Below, piece after piece: positions 1 through 17,000 of a stretch of 64,000 nt of DNA. Numbering within the stretch: the stretch's first letter is position 1; each line of letters starts with the position of its first letter. Origin of the DNA: the human T2T-CHM13v2.0 reference genome, Homo sapiens; assembly GCF_009914755.1 (NCBI RefSeq), contig NC_060938.1, one strand, 5' to 3'. The position numbers and the translations under genes are program-made. A model generated the notes under the pieces. That model made no database searches and was not told the DNA's origin. It saw only the letters and a program-made list of their open reading frames with translations.

Positions 1-1129
1 AATTGTATTCTCTTGGGAATTCCTGATTCCTCGTTTCACCAAATAGGTGTGTAACCTTCTTGTTTCTGCCTATAATAATTCTGGAGTCTTTAAACAAAAC
101 GACTGTGACTTTTCATGATGAGTAGAAGATAGGTTTTACTCATGCTACAATCAATATTAATTCCTTGCAGTTCAAAGACACTGAGGCCCTGTCTAATAAT
201 ATAGAAGTTGAACTTGGACTTGGGAGATGACTCCTGCCTCTCATGCTCTCTGTGGCTCTGCTTTCTATTATTTTACTCATAAGCTTGTTTTGTCTCCTTG
301 CTGAGAATTGTCAAACATGAAATGTAATTTCAGGCTATAGTGAAGAAAGATGACATAGGCAGAAGAAATTGGCAATCATTTGGCCTGTACATGTGGCTTT
401 TTGTTTTTTTTCTGAACTTAGGATATAGACCACACCTTGACATTTCTGGCCTTTGAGTCTTTCACAACTGTTATTATAATACATTAGCTCTTCTAGAAGT
501 TAGAAGTGACTTTGGATTAATTCTTTCATAAGGTGGCTAAATGAATTTATATAGCTCATCATAATTCACTAGATTGGTTAAGCGGGAAATTTACAGAGAT
601 TTTTTTCTTTGCTGTAAATGTTTTTCTACATTGAAAAACTTCTAATACTGTCTTCTGTAGTAGACCTAGAAATAAGTGCAAGTGATTGTTTTTGGCAGGA
701 GGCCACGTAACCTTTTCTGCTTCTCTGTGCCTTACGGGTAGCATTGATATAAATTGTTAAAAATAATGATTGTAGATAGATAATGTTTCAGAGTTTGGGC
801 TCAGCCGCGGTAGCTGCTGTTGACCCAGAGGGACCACTGGGATCCTCACATCTCAGGGCAGCACATCGTTTGAAGCAATGGTTGGTTCTACACAACCATT
901 TATGAAATTAGGTGAGGCCCTTGCTTAGAATTTTTTAAAAGCTTAATATGAGTTTATATCTCTTTAAATATCAGTTTCTAATATTTTTTAAAGGCCTATG
1001 TTTACAACAAATTTGGGAGATACCTATATGCAGTACTAACTAGTGTTCTTTTGTGGTGCTTTAGAAATTCTGGCTTACTTGTATTTTTGCTGGCCTTCTA
1101 ATGATTTCACTCATCAATCAGAAGATACT

Positions 1130-2430
1130 TGTGTCCACCTCCCTGCTTCCTCTCCGGTGATCTTGTCTATCCTTGCCATTTTAGAGTTGACTTAGCAGCC
1201 TTCACAAAACTGATTGGAATTTCCACTGGGATTAAATTGATAGGTCATTTTTGGGAGACTTTTGCAATATTGAACTTTTCAATCCGTGAACTTTACTTAT
1301 CTGCCCATTTATTATGTTTGTTTTTGGTAGATTACAAAATTATATGATCACTCCAAAAATTACCTTGCCCTTTATAGTAAAGCCTTCCATTGTAAATTCT
1401 GGCAATCACTGATCTGTGTTCCTCTAGCATTGCTTTTTTTCAGAATTTTATACAAATGGAATCGTTCAGTATGTAGCCTTTTGAGTCTGGCTACTTTCAT
1501 GTACTGTATCAACAGTTATTCCTCATTATTGCCAAATAGTAATCCATTGTATAAATACTACATGGTTTGCTTATTGGTTTGTCATTGGAGGAATATGGAC
1601 TATTTTCACTTTTTGGTAAACTATAAGTGGATTGGAATTCACAAAGTGCTTTTTGTCTGAGCATAGGTTTTCATTTCACTTGTGCAAATGCCTAAGGGTA
1701 GGATTGCCGAGTCACATGTACGTTTGACTTTATCAGAACCTGCCAAATTGTCTTCCAAAGTGCTGTGCCACTTCTGTTTCTTTAATAAATACAGGGGTAT
1801 TCAAGCTGTCTGTTTCTTCTTGAGTTTTGGTAGTCTGTCTTTCAAGGAATTTTTCTATTTCACCTAATTTGTAGAATTTAGAAGCACATACTTGTTTGTT
1901 TTGTTTTTGTAGTATCCATTATAGCCTTCTAGTGTCTACAGGATTTGTAATAATATTCCTTTCATTTCTGGTATTGGCAATTTGTGTTTTCTCTTCTTCC
2001 TTTGTCAGTCTGCTAGAGGCTTCCTCATTTGATTGATTTCCACCTCCCACCACCCCTGCAAAGAACCAACTTTGGATTTCGTTGAATTTTTTTCCTTTAC
2101 TGTTTTTGTTTAAATATTACTGATTTAGTCTGTTTTCCTTATGCCTGATTTGAGTTTATTTGGTTCTTTTTTTACTTGAAGTAAATAAATTGCCCTGTAA
2201 GCACATATTTTGATAAGATGATGTCATATTTATTAAGTTCAAACTGTTTTCCAATTTGTCTTAAGATACTCTCTTTGACCTATGGGCCATTTAGAAGTAC
2301 GCCATTTAACTTCTCATATTAGGGGATGTTCTAGAAATGTTCTAGATTCCTAGTTTAATTCTGTCATCAGAGAAAATAATTCACTGAATTTTAATTGTTT
2401 AACTTTAGGGTTTATGACCCAGAATATGAT
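1130..2430 (-). mobile_element. Old, fragmented L1M-family LINE-1 remnants
   Basis: T-rich + strand with motifs typical of antisense old L1 ORF2/3' ends (ctttgcaatattgaacttttcaatccgtgaac; ctggcaatcactgatctg...aaatggaatc...tatgtagcctttt; aagaaccaactttggattt). Boundaries approximate. Confidence 0.6.
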
Positions 2431-2620
2431 CTCTCACCACCGCCATCCAGATAATTCTTCAGGTTTTGACATTTCCCAACCTCTCTGCTGGTTACTTTTC
2501 AGAGTACTTGGGTCATTGCTATTTATATTTTGTCCAGAGTTTCAAATTGTGATCAGTGGAAATGACATGCCGTAACATGCATACGCCATCCTGGCCAGCA
2601 TCACAGGTGGTCAGTATATC

Positions 2621-2914
2621 TTTCTGTTGTTGTTTTGAGACAGGGTCTCACTCTGTTGCCCAGACTGGAGCACAGTGGCATGATCAGGGATCACTGCATT
2701 CTCAACCTGCTAGGCTCAAGTGATCCTCCCACCTCAGCCTCCCGAATAGCTGGTCTATAGGTGTGCTGCCATGCCCAGCTAATTTTTGTATTTTTTATAA
2801 AGATGGGATTTTGCCTTGTTGCCCAGGCTGGTCTCAAACTCCTGAGCTCAGGCCATCCTCTCACCCGGACCTCCCAAAATACTAGGATTATAGGCATGAC
2901 CACCACACCTGGCC
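2621..2914 (-). mobile_element. Alu, full-length, AluJ-like
   Basis: tttgagacagggtctcactctgttgcccag...accacacctggcc; flanked by a near-identical target-site duplication agtatatctt / agtacatctt. Confidence 0.92.
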
Positions 2915-3270
2915 AGTACATCTTAAAAATAATTTCTGATCCACGTTGAATAATGATGGCCTGTAAATATTTTTCCTTGCACTTGCCTTGTTGGGTTTTG
3001 ATATCAAGGTTATTTTTATTTTAACCTTGTAAAATGAACTGGGGAGTCTTCTTTTTTTATTCTCTGTTTGTGTTAGTGGCAGAGTTTTTTTTTGTTTGGT
3101 TGGTTGGTTTCTCTTGTATGTTTCATGGAACTTTTTGGTGAAGGCACTTGGGCCTGGAAATTTCTTTATGGGTAGTTTTTTTCATTACTGATTCAATATA
3201 TTTAATCTATGGAAGTTTTTTTCTATTTTTTGAGTGAATTTCGATTTTTTTTCCTAGAAATTCATATCTC

Positions 3271-3560
<290 letters not shown>

Positions 3561-3615
3561 TCATCTATGCTTTAAAGTCTGTTGGCATAAAGGTATTCAT
3601 AATTTTACATTATGA

Positions 3616-3918
<303 letters not shown>

Positions 3919-4050
3919 TGACTTCCTTTCAGAGTCTTTCTATCTGTAGTACAGTCCTCCTGTGCAAGATTGTTTTTTGATTGCTTTTTCTTGACAAATC
4001 TTGCTAAAGGTCTGTGAATTTTATAATGTATTTTTAAAGAACCAGATTTT

Positions 4051-4220
4051 AGCAGGGCATGGTGGCTCATACCTGTAATCCCAGCACTTTGTGAGGCAAA
4101 GGTGGGAGGATCACTTGAGCCTGTAAGGGGGAGGCTGTTCTAAGCTGTGACTGAGCCACTACACTCCAGCCTGGGCAACAGAATGAGACCCTATCTATCT
4201 GAAAACCAAAAAAAACACAA
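4051..4220 (+). mobile_element. Alu monomer (FRAM-like or internally recombined Alu)
   Basis: Left-arm-like start (ggcatggtggctcatacctgtaatcccagcacttt) runs directly into a right-arm end (ccactacactccagcctgggcaacagaatgagacc) plus an A-rich tail; about 170 bp. Confidence 0.8.
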
Positions 4221-4342
4221 GTTTTAGCTTGGCTGATTCTATTGTGTGTTTCTTTTGTATTTCATTTGTTTATTATGTTTTTCCTTTTTCTATCTTTGAA
4301 TATATCTTGTTCTTTGTCTGATTTATTGACTGATGCTTAGGG

Positions 4343-4640
<298 letters not shown>

Positions 4641-4698
4641 TGTTGATGTTTTTACCAAGTTCCTTTTCTAATGTTCTCATTTAAGACCGTAAATTTCC

Positions 4699-4908
4699 CC
4701 AGCCTGGACAGCATGGTGAAACTTTATCTCTACCAAACACACACAAAATTAGCCAGGCGTGGTTGTGTGAGCCTGTGGTCCCAGCTACTCGGGAGGCTGA
4801 GGTTGGAGGCTCACTTGAGCCCAGGAGGTGGAGGGTAGTAAGCCAAGGTTGTGCTACTGCACTCCAGCCGGGGTGACATAGTCAGACCCCATCTCAAAAA
4901 AAAATAAT
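4699..4908 (+). mobile_element. 5'-truncated Alu
   Basis: Starts mid left arm (ccagcctggacagcatggtgaaac) and ends gaccccatctc plus A-tail; TSD-like agaccgtaaatttcccc / agactataattttcccc. Confidence 0.85.
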
Positions 4909-5493
4909 AGACTATAATTTTCCCCTTATGAATGGATTTAATTATATCCTACAGTTTTTAATATGTAGAATTGATGATGAATTTGCCTTATTTTATCTTC
5001 AAGCTATGGGCTATTTAAAAGTATACTTTTAGAAAGTTTCTAAAATTGTTACCAGAAATTGTGATCTGTCTACTTTCTTTGAAATTTGTTACTTGTTTTA
5101 ACACTCGTATATATGGTTAATTTTTGAACTTGTCCAAATTTTCTTGAAGGGAAGTCTATTTCTGCAGTTAAATCTCATGTTCTGTATGTGTGCATTGAGT
5201 CTATTTTTTCATAATTTTAAATCTTCATCCTCCCTAATTATTTTTATACTTTATTTACTGAGAGATATATTAAATATCCTACTAGAAGCATGGATTTGTC
5301 TGTCTCCTCATCTGTCAACTTTTGCTTTTTGAGGCTGTACTTGGGTGCATATGATTCAAAAAATATACATCTTTTTTTTTAATTTGAACTTTTATCAAAA
5401 TGAAATGTTTTCCTTCATTTATGTATGCTTTCAACATTATGTATGATATAGCTATGGTAACTTTGGTTAGACTTTGCACTGTGTATCTTTCAC

Positions 5494-5511
5494 GTGTGTG
5501 TGTGTGTGTGT
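5494..5511. repeat. (GT)n microsatellite
   Basis: gtgtgtgtgtgtgtgtgt. Confidence 0.85.
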
Positions 5512-5513
5512 AT

Positions 5514-5790
5514 TTTTTTTTCCACTGTGCTGCCCAGGCTATAGTGCAGGGGCTGTTCACAGACTTGTCTGTGGCTCCCTGCTGCCTTAAACTCCTGGGC
5601 TCAAATGATCCTCCTACCTCAGTCTTTAGAGTGATGTGTGCCACCACTGCCAAATAATTGTTTTTATTTATTTAGAGATAGAGTTTCGTTATATTGCCCA
5701 GACTGGTCTTGAGCTCTTGATCTCAAGTGATCCTCTCGCTTCTGCTTCCTGAGTAACTGAGATTATAGGCATGTGCCGCCAAGTCCGGCT
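5514..5790 (-). mobile_element. Very old Alu: FLAM-like left arm plus FAM-type right arm
   Basis: Reverse complement of 5514-5651 contains tgtgaacagcccctgcactatagcctggg, matching the 7SL/FAM-type tgtgaatagccactgcactccagcctggg segment; 5658-5790 is a left-monomer-like arm. Confidence 0.7.
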
Positions 5791-6249
5791 CCTCTGATAC
5801 GTATTTTAATACCTTTTAAAATCATTCTATATCTTTGTATTTTAAATATGACTTATAAATAGCATGGAATGGGATTTTAACAATTTATCCATCTTTAACT
5901 GGATTAGTTAGTCCATTTGCATGTATTTGTATTCTGACATACTTGGATTCTGTATAGATTGTGAGTGGTGTGTATGTACATGAATATGTGTTTGTGCCAT
6001 TTTGTCACTTTCTATTTATCCTACTTATGTTTCTCTTTTACTTTCTTGCCTTCTTTTCAATTGGTGGGATATTTTTTTTTCTCTAGTCATTTTAAGTTAG
6101 TCTTTGTCTATATTCTTTTAGTAACTGTCATGCTAATTTAAATGTGCATATTTAAGTTATGAAAGTTGAAAATTTATCCTCCTCCTGGGTGATAGGATAA
6201 CTTAAGAATACTTTCATTGCATTAAACTCCTCTTGAGTTATGCTACAAC

Positions 6250-6710
6250 AGTATATTTTCAACTTTTTGTTTTGACATTATTGCAGATTCACAGGTGCTT
6301 TTAAGAAATAATATAAAGAAATCCCATATAGTCTTCACTCAGTTTCTCCCAATGGTAACGTCTTGCATAACTACCTTGCTCAGATTTTACCAGTTTTATG
6401 TGCACTTTTAGGTTTTTTGTGTATTTAGTTCTATGAAATTTTATCGTGTACATAGATTAGATACCTAATCACCATCACCATCGTCAAGATATAGAAGAGT
6501 TCCATCAGAAGGATGGATCCCTTGTGCTACCCATTTTATAGTCACAAACACGTTCCTCACTCCCTGACCCCTGGCAACCACTAATGTGTTTTTCATCTCT
6601 GTAACTTTATTTCAAGAACACATGTAAATGAAACCATACACTGTCTAATATTTTGAGATTGAATTTTTTTATTCAGCATAATTATCTTGTGATCCATCAA
6701 ATTTGTTTTG
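6250..6710 (-). mobile_element. L1MC-like 3' end fragment
   Basis: taagaaataatataaagaaatcccatatagtcttcactcagtttctcccaatggtaacgtcttgcataacta and ccctggcaaccactaatgtgtttttcatctct match old L1MB/MC 3'-UTR motifs as recalled. Confidence 0.7.
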
Positions 6711-7053
6711 ATATATTTTATCATTTTTCTTTTTATATTTCATGGGACATTACTTCTATTGTTTTATACATTTCACATTTGTTTAGTTTTATCCATATAT
6801 TCACCTGTCTTTTTCCTGCTCTTCATTTCTTCTTATATCCCAGATCTTCCACTTGGGATCATTTTCCTCCTGTCTGAAATCTTTTAGTATCTGTTTAGTA
6901 ATGGTTTCCTTGGGCGAGCTCCCTCAATTTCTGCACATTTTAAGCTCTATTATGTTAGTCTCATACTTAATTTTTTTTATTGTGGTATAAGAGGCATACA
7001 GGTAAGGAGATCATGAACATACAACTCAAAATTTTCACATAGTTAACACCTAA

Positions 7054-7416
<363 letters not shown>

Positions 7417-7646
7417 TAGATTAGTTTTCCTATTATTCGCTTTATAAATGGGATCTTTTCTTTTGGCTTCTTTTCTCAGCTTTAGGCTTGTGAGCTCTAT
7501 CCATGGTGTTGCACATGGCTGTGGTTTGTTTATTGTTGTGCGCATTCAGCTTTACTAATATTGCACAATATGTTTATCTGTTCTGCTGGTGGCTGACATT
7601 AGGTTCTTCCAAGCTTGGGTCCATTATGAGTAATGCCATTATAAAC

Positions 7647-7951
7647 TTTCTTTCTTTCTTTCTTTTTTTTGGAGATAGAGTCTTGCTCTTGTCGCCCAGG
7701 CTGGAGTGCAATGGCACAATCTCAGCTCACTGCAACCTCCACCTCCTGGGTTCAAGCAATTCTCCCTGCCTGAGCCTCCCAAGAAGCTGGGATTACAGTG
7801 CCCACCACCACGTCTGGCTAATTATTTTTTTAGTAGAGACGGGGTTTTGCCATGTTGGCCGGGCTGGTCTCGAACTCCTGACCTCAGGTGATCTGTCTGC
7901 CTCGGCCTCCCAAGGTGCTGGAATTACAGGCATGAGCCACTGTGCCCGGCC
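7647..7951 (-). mobile_element. Alu, AluSq/Sp-like
   Basis: (TTTC)n/T tail, gctcttgtcgcccaggctggagtgcaatggc...gacctcaggtgatc...gtgcccggcc. Confidence 0.92.
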
Positions 7952-8133
7952 CTGAAATTTCTTGTACTTTTGGTGCACACGTGTGTACCTTAATTTGATC
8001 TGTATCTGGGAGTGCAAGTGCTTTATAGAGTGTACGTACAGTTTTAGGAGATACTGCTAAAAATTTTGCAGTGGCTGTATCAGTTTACACTCTGCCAGCT
8101 GTTGATGAAGGTTCCAGTTGTTTCCCATCCTTC

Positions 8134-8475
8134 TGTTATAAGAAAGGAATCCTGATCTAGACTCCAAGAGAGGGTTATTGGATCTGGTGCAAGAAAGAAT
8201 TCAGGGCGAGTCCATAGAGTAAAGTGATAGCAAGTTTATTAAGAAAGTAGAAGAATAAAAGAATGGCTACTCTATAGACAGAGCAGCCCGAGGGCTGCTG
8301 GTTACCCATTCTTATGGTTATTTCTAGATAATATGCTAAACAAGGGGTGGATTATTCGTGCCTCCTTTTTTTTTTTTCTTAAGACCATGTAGGGTAAATT
8401 TCTGACATTGCCATGGCATTTGTAAACTGTGGTGGCGCTAGTGGGAGTGTAGCAGTGGGAGGATGACCAGAGGTC
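8134..8475 (-). mobile_element. ERV1 LTR, MER41A-type, truncated
   Basis: tgtta...ccaagagagggttattggatct...aagaaagaattcagggcgagtccatagagtaaagtg...gtttattaagaaag...ggctactctatagacagagcagccc matches the reverse complement of MER41 as recalled; it stops abruptly at about 8475. Confidence 0.8.
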
Positions 8476-8499
8476 TACAGGTTTTTTTGGTAATCATCT

Positions 8500-9365
8500 T
8501 GAGAAATAAAGACTTCATAAATCATCTTACAGTTATGACAATATATAACAACCATATTTCAACTGAATGCAAAGTTGTACTTTTTCATACCCCCACTGTG
8601 TTATTAATATCACATATTATCTTTTCTTATTATCTATGAACACACATTTATGCAGATTTGTGCTTCATTTTTTAAACTCCATAGCAATATTTTGAAAATT
8701 TTGTGCACCATCATTATGACAGTAGATAGAGATTTCTATACCTGTTTATATATTTACCTTTAATATAGCACTTTCTATTTTCATATGCTGTTATGATGCT
8801 GTGCAGCATCATTTCATTTTTGGACTTGATAGACTTTGTTTTACATTTCCCTTAGGATTGATCTAGTGGTTAGTAACACACTCAACTTTTATTTATTTTG
8901 GAAAGGCTTATTTTTTTTATTTCTGAAGTGAAATTATTCCAGTTGAAGGTTTTTGTTTGGCAGTATATCTTCTTGTTTAATTACCTTGTCATCTGGGGAT
9001 TTCTCAGCTACTTTTTAAAAATAATCTCTTTATTACTTTTCTGCTGTATTGTTTTTCTAAGACTCCTTTTATAAATACAATGGTCTACTTGATGGTGTGC
9101 AGTACATCCCATATTTTTTTCTCTATTCTGTTTAAATAATTTGTTTTCATGACTCAGTATTTATAACTACAGTGACATCAATTGTATGATTTTTTCTGCT
9201 TTATTAGTCTGCTTTTGTGACCGTTGATTGAAATTTTAATATAGTTATCGTGTTATTCAGATACACAGTTTTTGTTGGTTTCTAAAAATCATTTTGATAT
9301 CTCGTTTTCTTTATGTATCACTTCTAATATTATTTTGTTGTCTATGCTCTGTTTTTGTTAATTAA
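8500..9365 (-). mobile_element. Possible highly decayed L1M fragment
   Basis: AT-rich, T-biased sequence with weak antisense L1-like motifs; not clearly resolvable by eye. Confidence 0.3.
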
Positions 9366-9369
9366 GCAG

Positions 9370-10793
9370 TTTTTTCCTAATTACATTTTATTGAAAACTG
9401 CACTGAATGCTAAATGTCCATCTTTACAATAAACAACTACAGTAACGGTAACTCACACTAAAACAAATTATACTTCTGATAGCCATTATTTTTCTGTTTG
9501 TGACAATTTTAAAGTTTTTCTTTTGTCACAAAAACAGGAATGTACCTAATCAAAAGATCAAAATAGGCCATCTTTTTAAACAAAAAGGCAATGATTCACA
9601 AAAGACTATGAACAGAACATGTAACCAATCGATGCAATCAAATAGGATTTGTTAAAATCAGTCACATCCAATACATCTGAAGTGTTCTTGTATAAAATAC
9701 AACGTGAATAAAAGAAGACTTTATCAGTGTCTTAAAAAGTGCATTTGTTCATAGACCATCTGACAAGTTACCATTAAAAGTGTTTCCTGTGACATAAGGA
9801 AAAGCAACATTATTTTTCTTGAATCTTTTTAGTGCAAGACTTTCCACTCAATAAAATAGCAGAGCATCTGAAACTGAGAAAATATTTTTGATTACAAACA
9901 GCTTGTGAAACTTAATACTGATTTTTTTTTTTCTGCATTATCGGAGGCTTTTACTGAACTTACAACCAACTTGCCCACTCAGCATGCAGTTCAGATGTGA
10001 GAGACGCTTCTCTGTACAGGAGCCGGTACTGTCTTCAATCCTACGCATGCAGGTGTCTACCACAGGCAAACAGTTTACTCCACATTTTCTAGTAATGTGA
10101 TCTTCCTTTTAGCAAAAAGCTGTAACCAGTCCCTGTAGACTGAAGGGACTCAAGTGACAAGATGGGGATTTCCTCCTCATGTCTTTTATTTTGATGTTTG
10201 AAGTCTTGATGCAACATTCTGAGCAGGGTGTTCCTGACCTGCTGTGCCCCAGGGACTGATAAAGGAAAAAGGACTATTTATTCTTTGTGATTTGACTCAC
10301 AGATCAAAAACTTAACACACAGTAACGGAAGCTGGTCGTTAATAAATCACACCCTAGTCTTTCAGAGCTTCTGTAAACAGACGACATCTTCAGCTTTCTA
10401 ACTCTTGTAGTTTTAACACTGCAACATCAATGATGCATATGTCCAGAATCAGCTAAAAAGAGCGTCAGATTCTTTTTCTCTTAGTACATCTATTTTTCAC
10501 TGTCCTTGTTCCCAAGTGTATCAAAATGATTACCTTCCAGCATTCTCTACTATTTCTCGTTGGGGTGCTCTCGATTGTCCCCGTGATTGTGGGCTGGTTG
10601 GGAGAGGGCGCTTGGGAAGTATGTGCCACTGTCAGTAGGTTGTGAGTCACTGGGATGCCTCCAGGGATGATCCCTTCCATGGACGCAGGAAGTCCTCCTG
10701 GAGCCACACCCACGATGACTGAATGAATTGCTTGCTGGTCTATTACTGACGAAAGCACAGATGTGACAAAGAATTCCTTGTTCACAGAGTTTC
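9370..10793 (-). pseudogene. CTBP2P: Processed CTBP2 pseudogene, 3' part (C-terminal coding remnant, 3'UTR and poly(A) remnant)
   Basis: ORF 10465-10785 reads VNKEFFVTS...VIDQQAIH...[43 protein letters not shown], the CTBP2 C-terminus. A 1-nt frameshift precedes HGDNREHPNE and the original stop is at 10550-10552. There is about 1.2 kb of 3'UTR, AATAAA at 9387-9392 (minus) and a short A-tail at 9370-9375. Paralog number not determinable. Confidence 0.9.
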
Positions 10794-14093
<3,300 letters not shown>

Positions 14094-17000
14094 GTAAGCA
14101 GAGCCTAGACAAGAGTTACATCACCTGGGTGATCAGTGCAGAGGTATGTGACAAGGCCCCTTTAAGCAGAGCCTAGACAATAGTTACATCACCTGAGTGA
14201 TCAGTGCAGAGATATGTCAGTATTCCCCCTATAGGCAGAGCCTAGACAAAAGTTACATCACCTGGGTGATCAGTGCAGTGATAGGTCAAAATTCCTCTGT
14301 AGGCAGAGCCTAGACAAGAGTTACATCATCTAGGTGATCAGTGCAGTGATATGTCACAAAAATCCCTGTAGACAGAGCCTAGACAAGAGTTACATCACCT
14401 GAGTGATCAGTGCAGATATTTGACACAATGACCCCATAGACAGAGACTAGACAAGAATTCCATCACCTAGGTTATCAGTGCAGAGATATGTCATGAATCC
14501 ACCTCTAGGCAGAGTATAGAAAATAGTCCCATCACCTGAGTGATCAGTGCAGAGATATGTCACAAAGACCCCTGTAGGCAGAGCGTAGACAAGAGTCCCA
14601 TCACCTGTGTGATCAGTGTAGTGATATGTCACAATGCCATTGTAGGTAGAGCGTAGAAAAGAGTTGCATTACCTGGGTGATCAGTGCAGAGAAATGTAAC
14701 ACTGCCCCCTCTGGGAAAAGCCTAGAAAAGAGTTACATCGCCTAGCAGATCAGTGCAGATGTATGCCACAAAGCCCCCTGAAAGTACAGACTAGAGAAGA
14801 GTTACATCACCTGGGTGATCAGTGCAGTGATATGTCACAATTTCCCTGTAGACAGAGGCTAGAAAAGGGTTAAATCACCTGTGTGATCATTGCAGAGATA
14901 TGTTACAATACCCTCTGTTGGCAAAGCCTAGAAAAGAGTTACATCACCTCTGTGATCACTTCAGAGACATATCAAAATGAACCTGTAGGCAGACCCTACA
15001 AAAGAGTTACATCACCTAGGAGATCAGTACAGAGATATGTCACAATACCTCATGTAGGCAGAGACCAGAAAAGAGTTACATCACCTGGGTGATCAGGGCA
15101 GAGATATGTCACAATGCCCCCTGCAGGCAGAGCCCAGACAAGAGTTGCATCACCTCAGTGATCAGTGCAGAGGTATGTCTCAATGCCTCCTGTAGGCAAA
15201 GCCCAGAGAAGAGTTACATCATCTCGGTGATCAGTGCAGAGATATGTCAAAATGCTCCTGTGAGCAGAGCCTAGACAAAATTTACATCACCTGGGTGATC
15301 AGTGCTGAGACATGTCACAATGTCCATGTAGGCAGAGCCTAGACAAGTGTTACATCACCTGGGTGATCATTGCAGTGATGTCACAACGACCTCTGTAGGT
15401 AGAGACTAGACAAGAGTTACCTCACCTGAGAGACCAGTGCAGAGATATGTCACAATGCCCTCTGTAGACAAAGATTAGTCAAGAGTTACACCACATAGGT
15501 GATCAGCACAGATATATGTCACTATGTCCCTGTGGCCACAGCCTAGACAAGAGTTACATCATCTGGGTGATCCATGCAGAGATATGTCACCATGTCTCCA
15601 GTAGGCAGAGCCTAGACATGAGTTACATCACCTCGGTGATCAGTGCAGAGATATCTCAAAATACCCCCTGTAGGCAAAGTCTAGACAAGAGTTACATCAA
15701 CTAGGTGATCAGTGCAGAGGTACGTCAAAAATCCTACTGTAGGCAAAGCCTAGACAAGTTTTAAATAACCTCAGTGATCAGTGCAGAGATGTCTCCCAAT
15801 GCCCCTGTAGGCAGAGCTTAGAAAAGTGTCACATCTCCGGATTGATCAGTGCAGAGATACGTCACAATGCCCCCATAGGCAGAGCCTGGACAACAGTTAC
15901 ATCACCTAGTTGATCAGTGCAGAGATATGTCACAAAGTCCCCTGTAGGCAGAGCCTAGAGAAGAGTTGCATCACCTGGGTGATCAGTGCAGAGATATGTC
16001 AGGATGTCCCCTGTAGTCAAAGCCTAGGCAAGAGTTACATCACCTTTTTCATCAGTTCAGAGATATGTCAAAACGCCCCTGTAGGCAGAGCCTAGACAAG
16101 AGTTACATCACCTAGTTGATCAGTGCAGAGATGTTTCACAATACCCCCTTTAGGCAGATCCTAGAGAAGAGCTGCATCACCTGGGTGATCAGTGCAGAGC
16201 TATATCAAAATGCCCCCTGTAGGCAGAGGGTAGACAAGAGGTACATCATCTAGGTGATCAGTGCAGAGATTTGTGAAAATTCCCTGTAGGCAGAGCTTAT
16301 AAAACTATTACATCGCCTAGGTGATCAGTGCAGAGATGTGTCACAAAGCCCCCTGTAGGCAGAGCCTAGACAAGAATTCCCACACCGGGAGTGATCAGGT
16401 CAGAGATAAGTCACAAGGCCCCTGTAGGCAGAGCTTAGATGACTTACATCACCTGGGTGATCAGTGCACAGATATGTCACAAAGCCCACTGCAGGAAAAG
16501 CCAAGACAATAGTTAAATCACTTGGGTGATCAGTGGAGAGATCTCTCACAACTCACAAGTAGGCAGAGCTTATACAACAGTTACATCTCCTCGGTGATCA
16601 GTGCAGAGATATGTCATAATGCCCTCATAGGCAGATGCAAGACAAGAGTCTGTCACCTGGGTGATCAGAGCAGAAATACGTCACAATGCCCCCGTAGGCA
16701 GAGCCTAGACAAAAGCCCCATCACCTGGATGATGAGGGCAGAGTTATGTCACAAAGACCCTTTAGGCAGATCCTAGACAATAGTTACATCAGTTGGGTGA
16801 TCAGTGCAGAGATATGTCACAATGCCACTAGGCAGAGCCTAGGCAAGAGTTACATGACCCAGGTGATCAGTGCAGAGATACATCACAATCCCCCTGTAGG
16901 CAGAGCCTTGACAAGTGGTACATCACCTGGGTGATAATTGCAGGCATATGTCACAAAGCACCCTGTAGGCAGATCCTAGACAACAGTTACATAACCTGGG

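Noticed and set aside
792-911. Possible 120-nt exon (ttcag|AGTTTG...ATTAG|gtgagg)
   Set aside because: Good donor but weak polypyrimidine tract, stops in all three frames, and no parent gene I can recognise; would need BLAT or RNA-seq.
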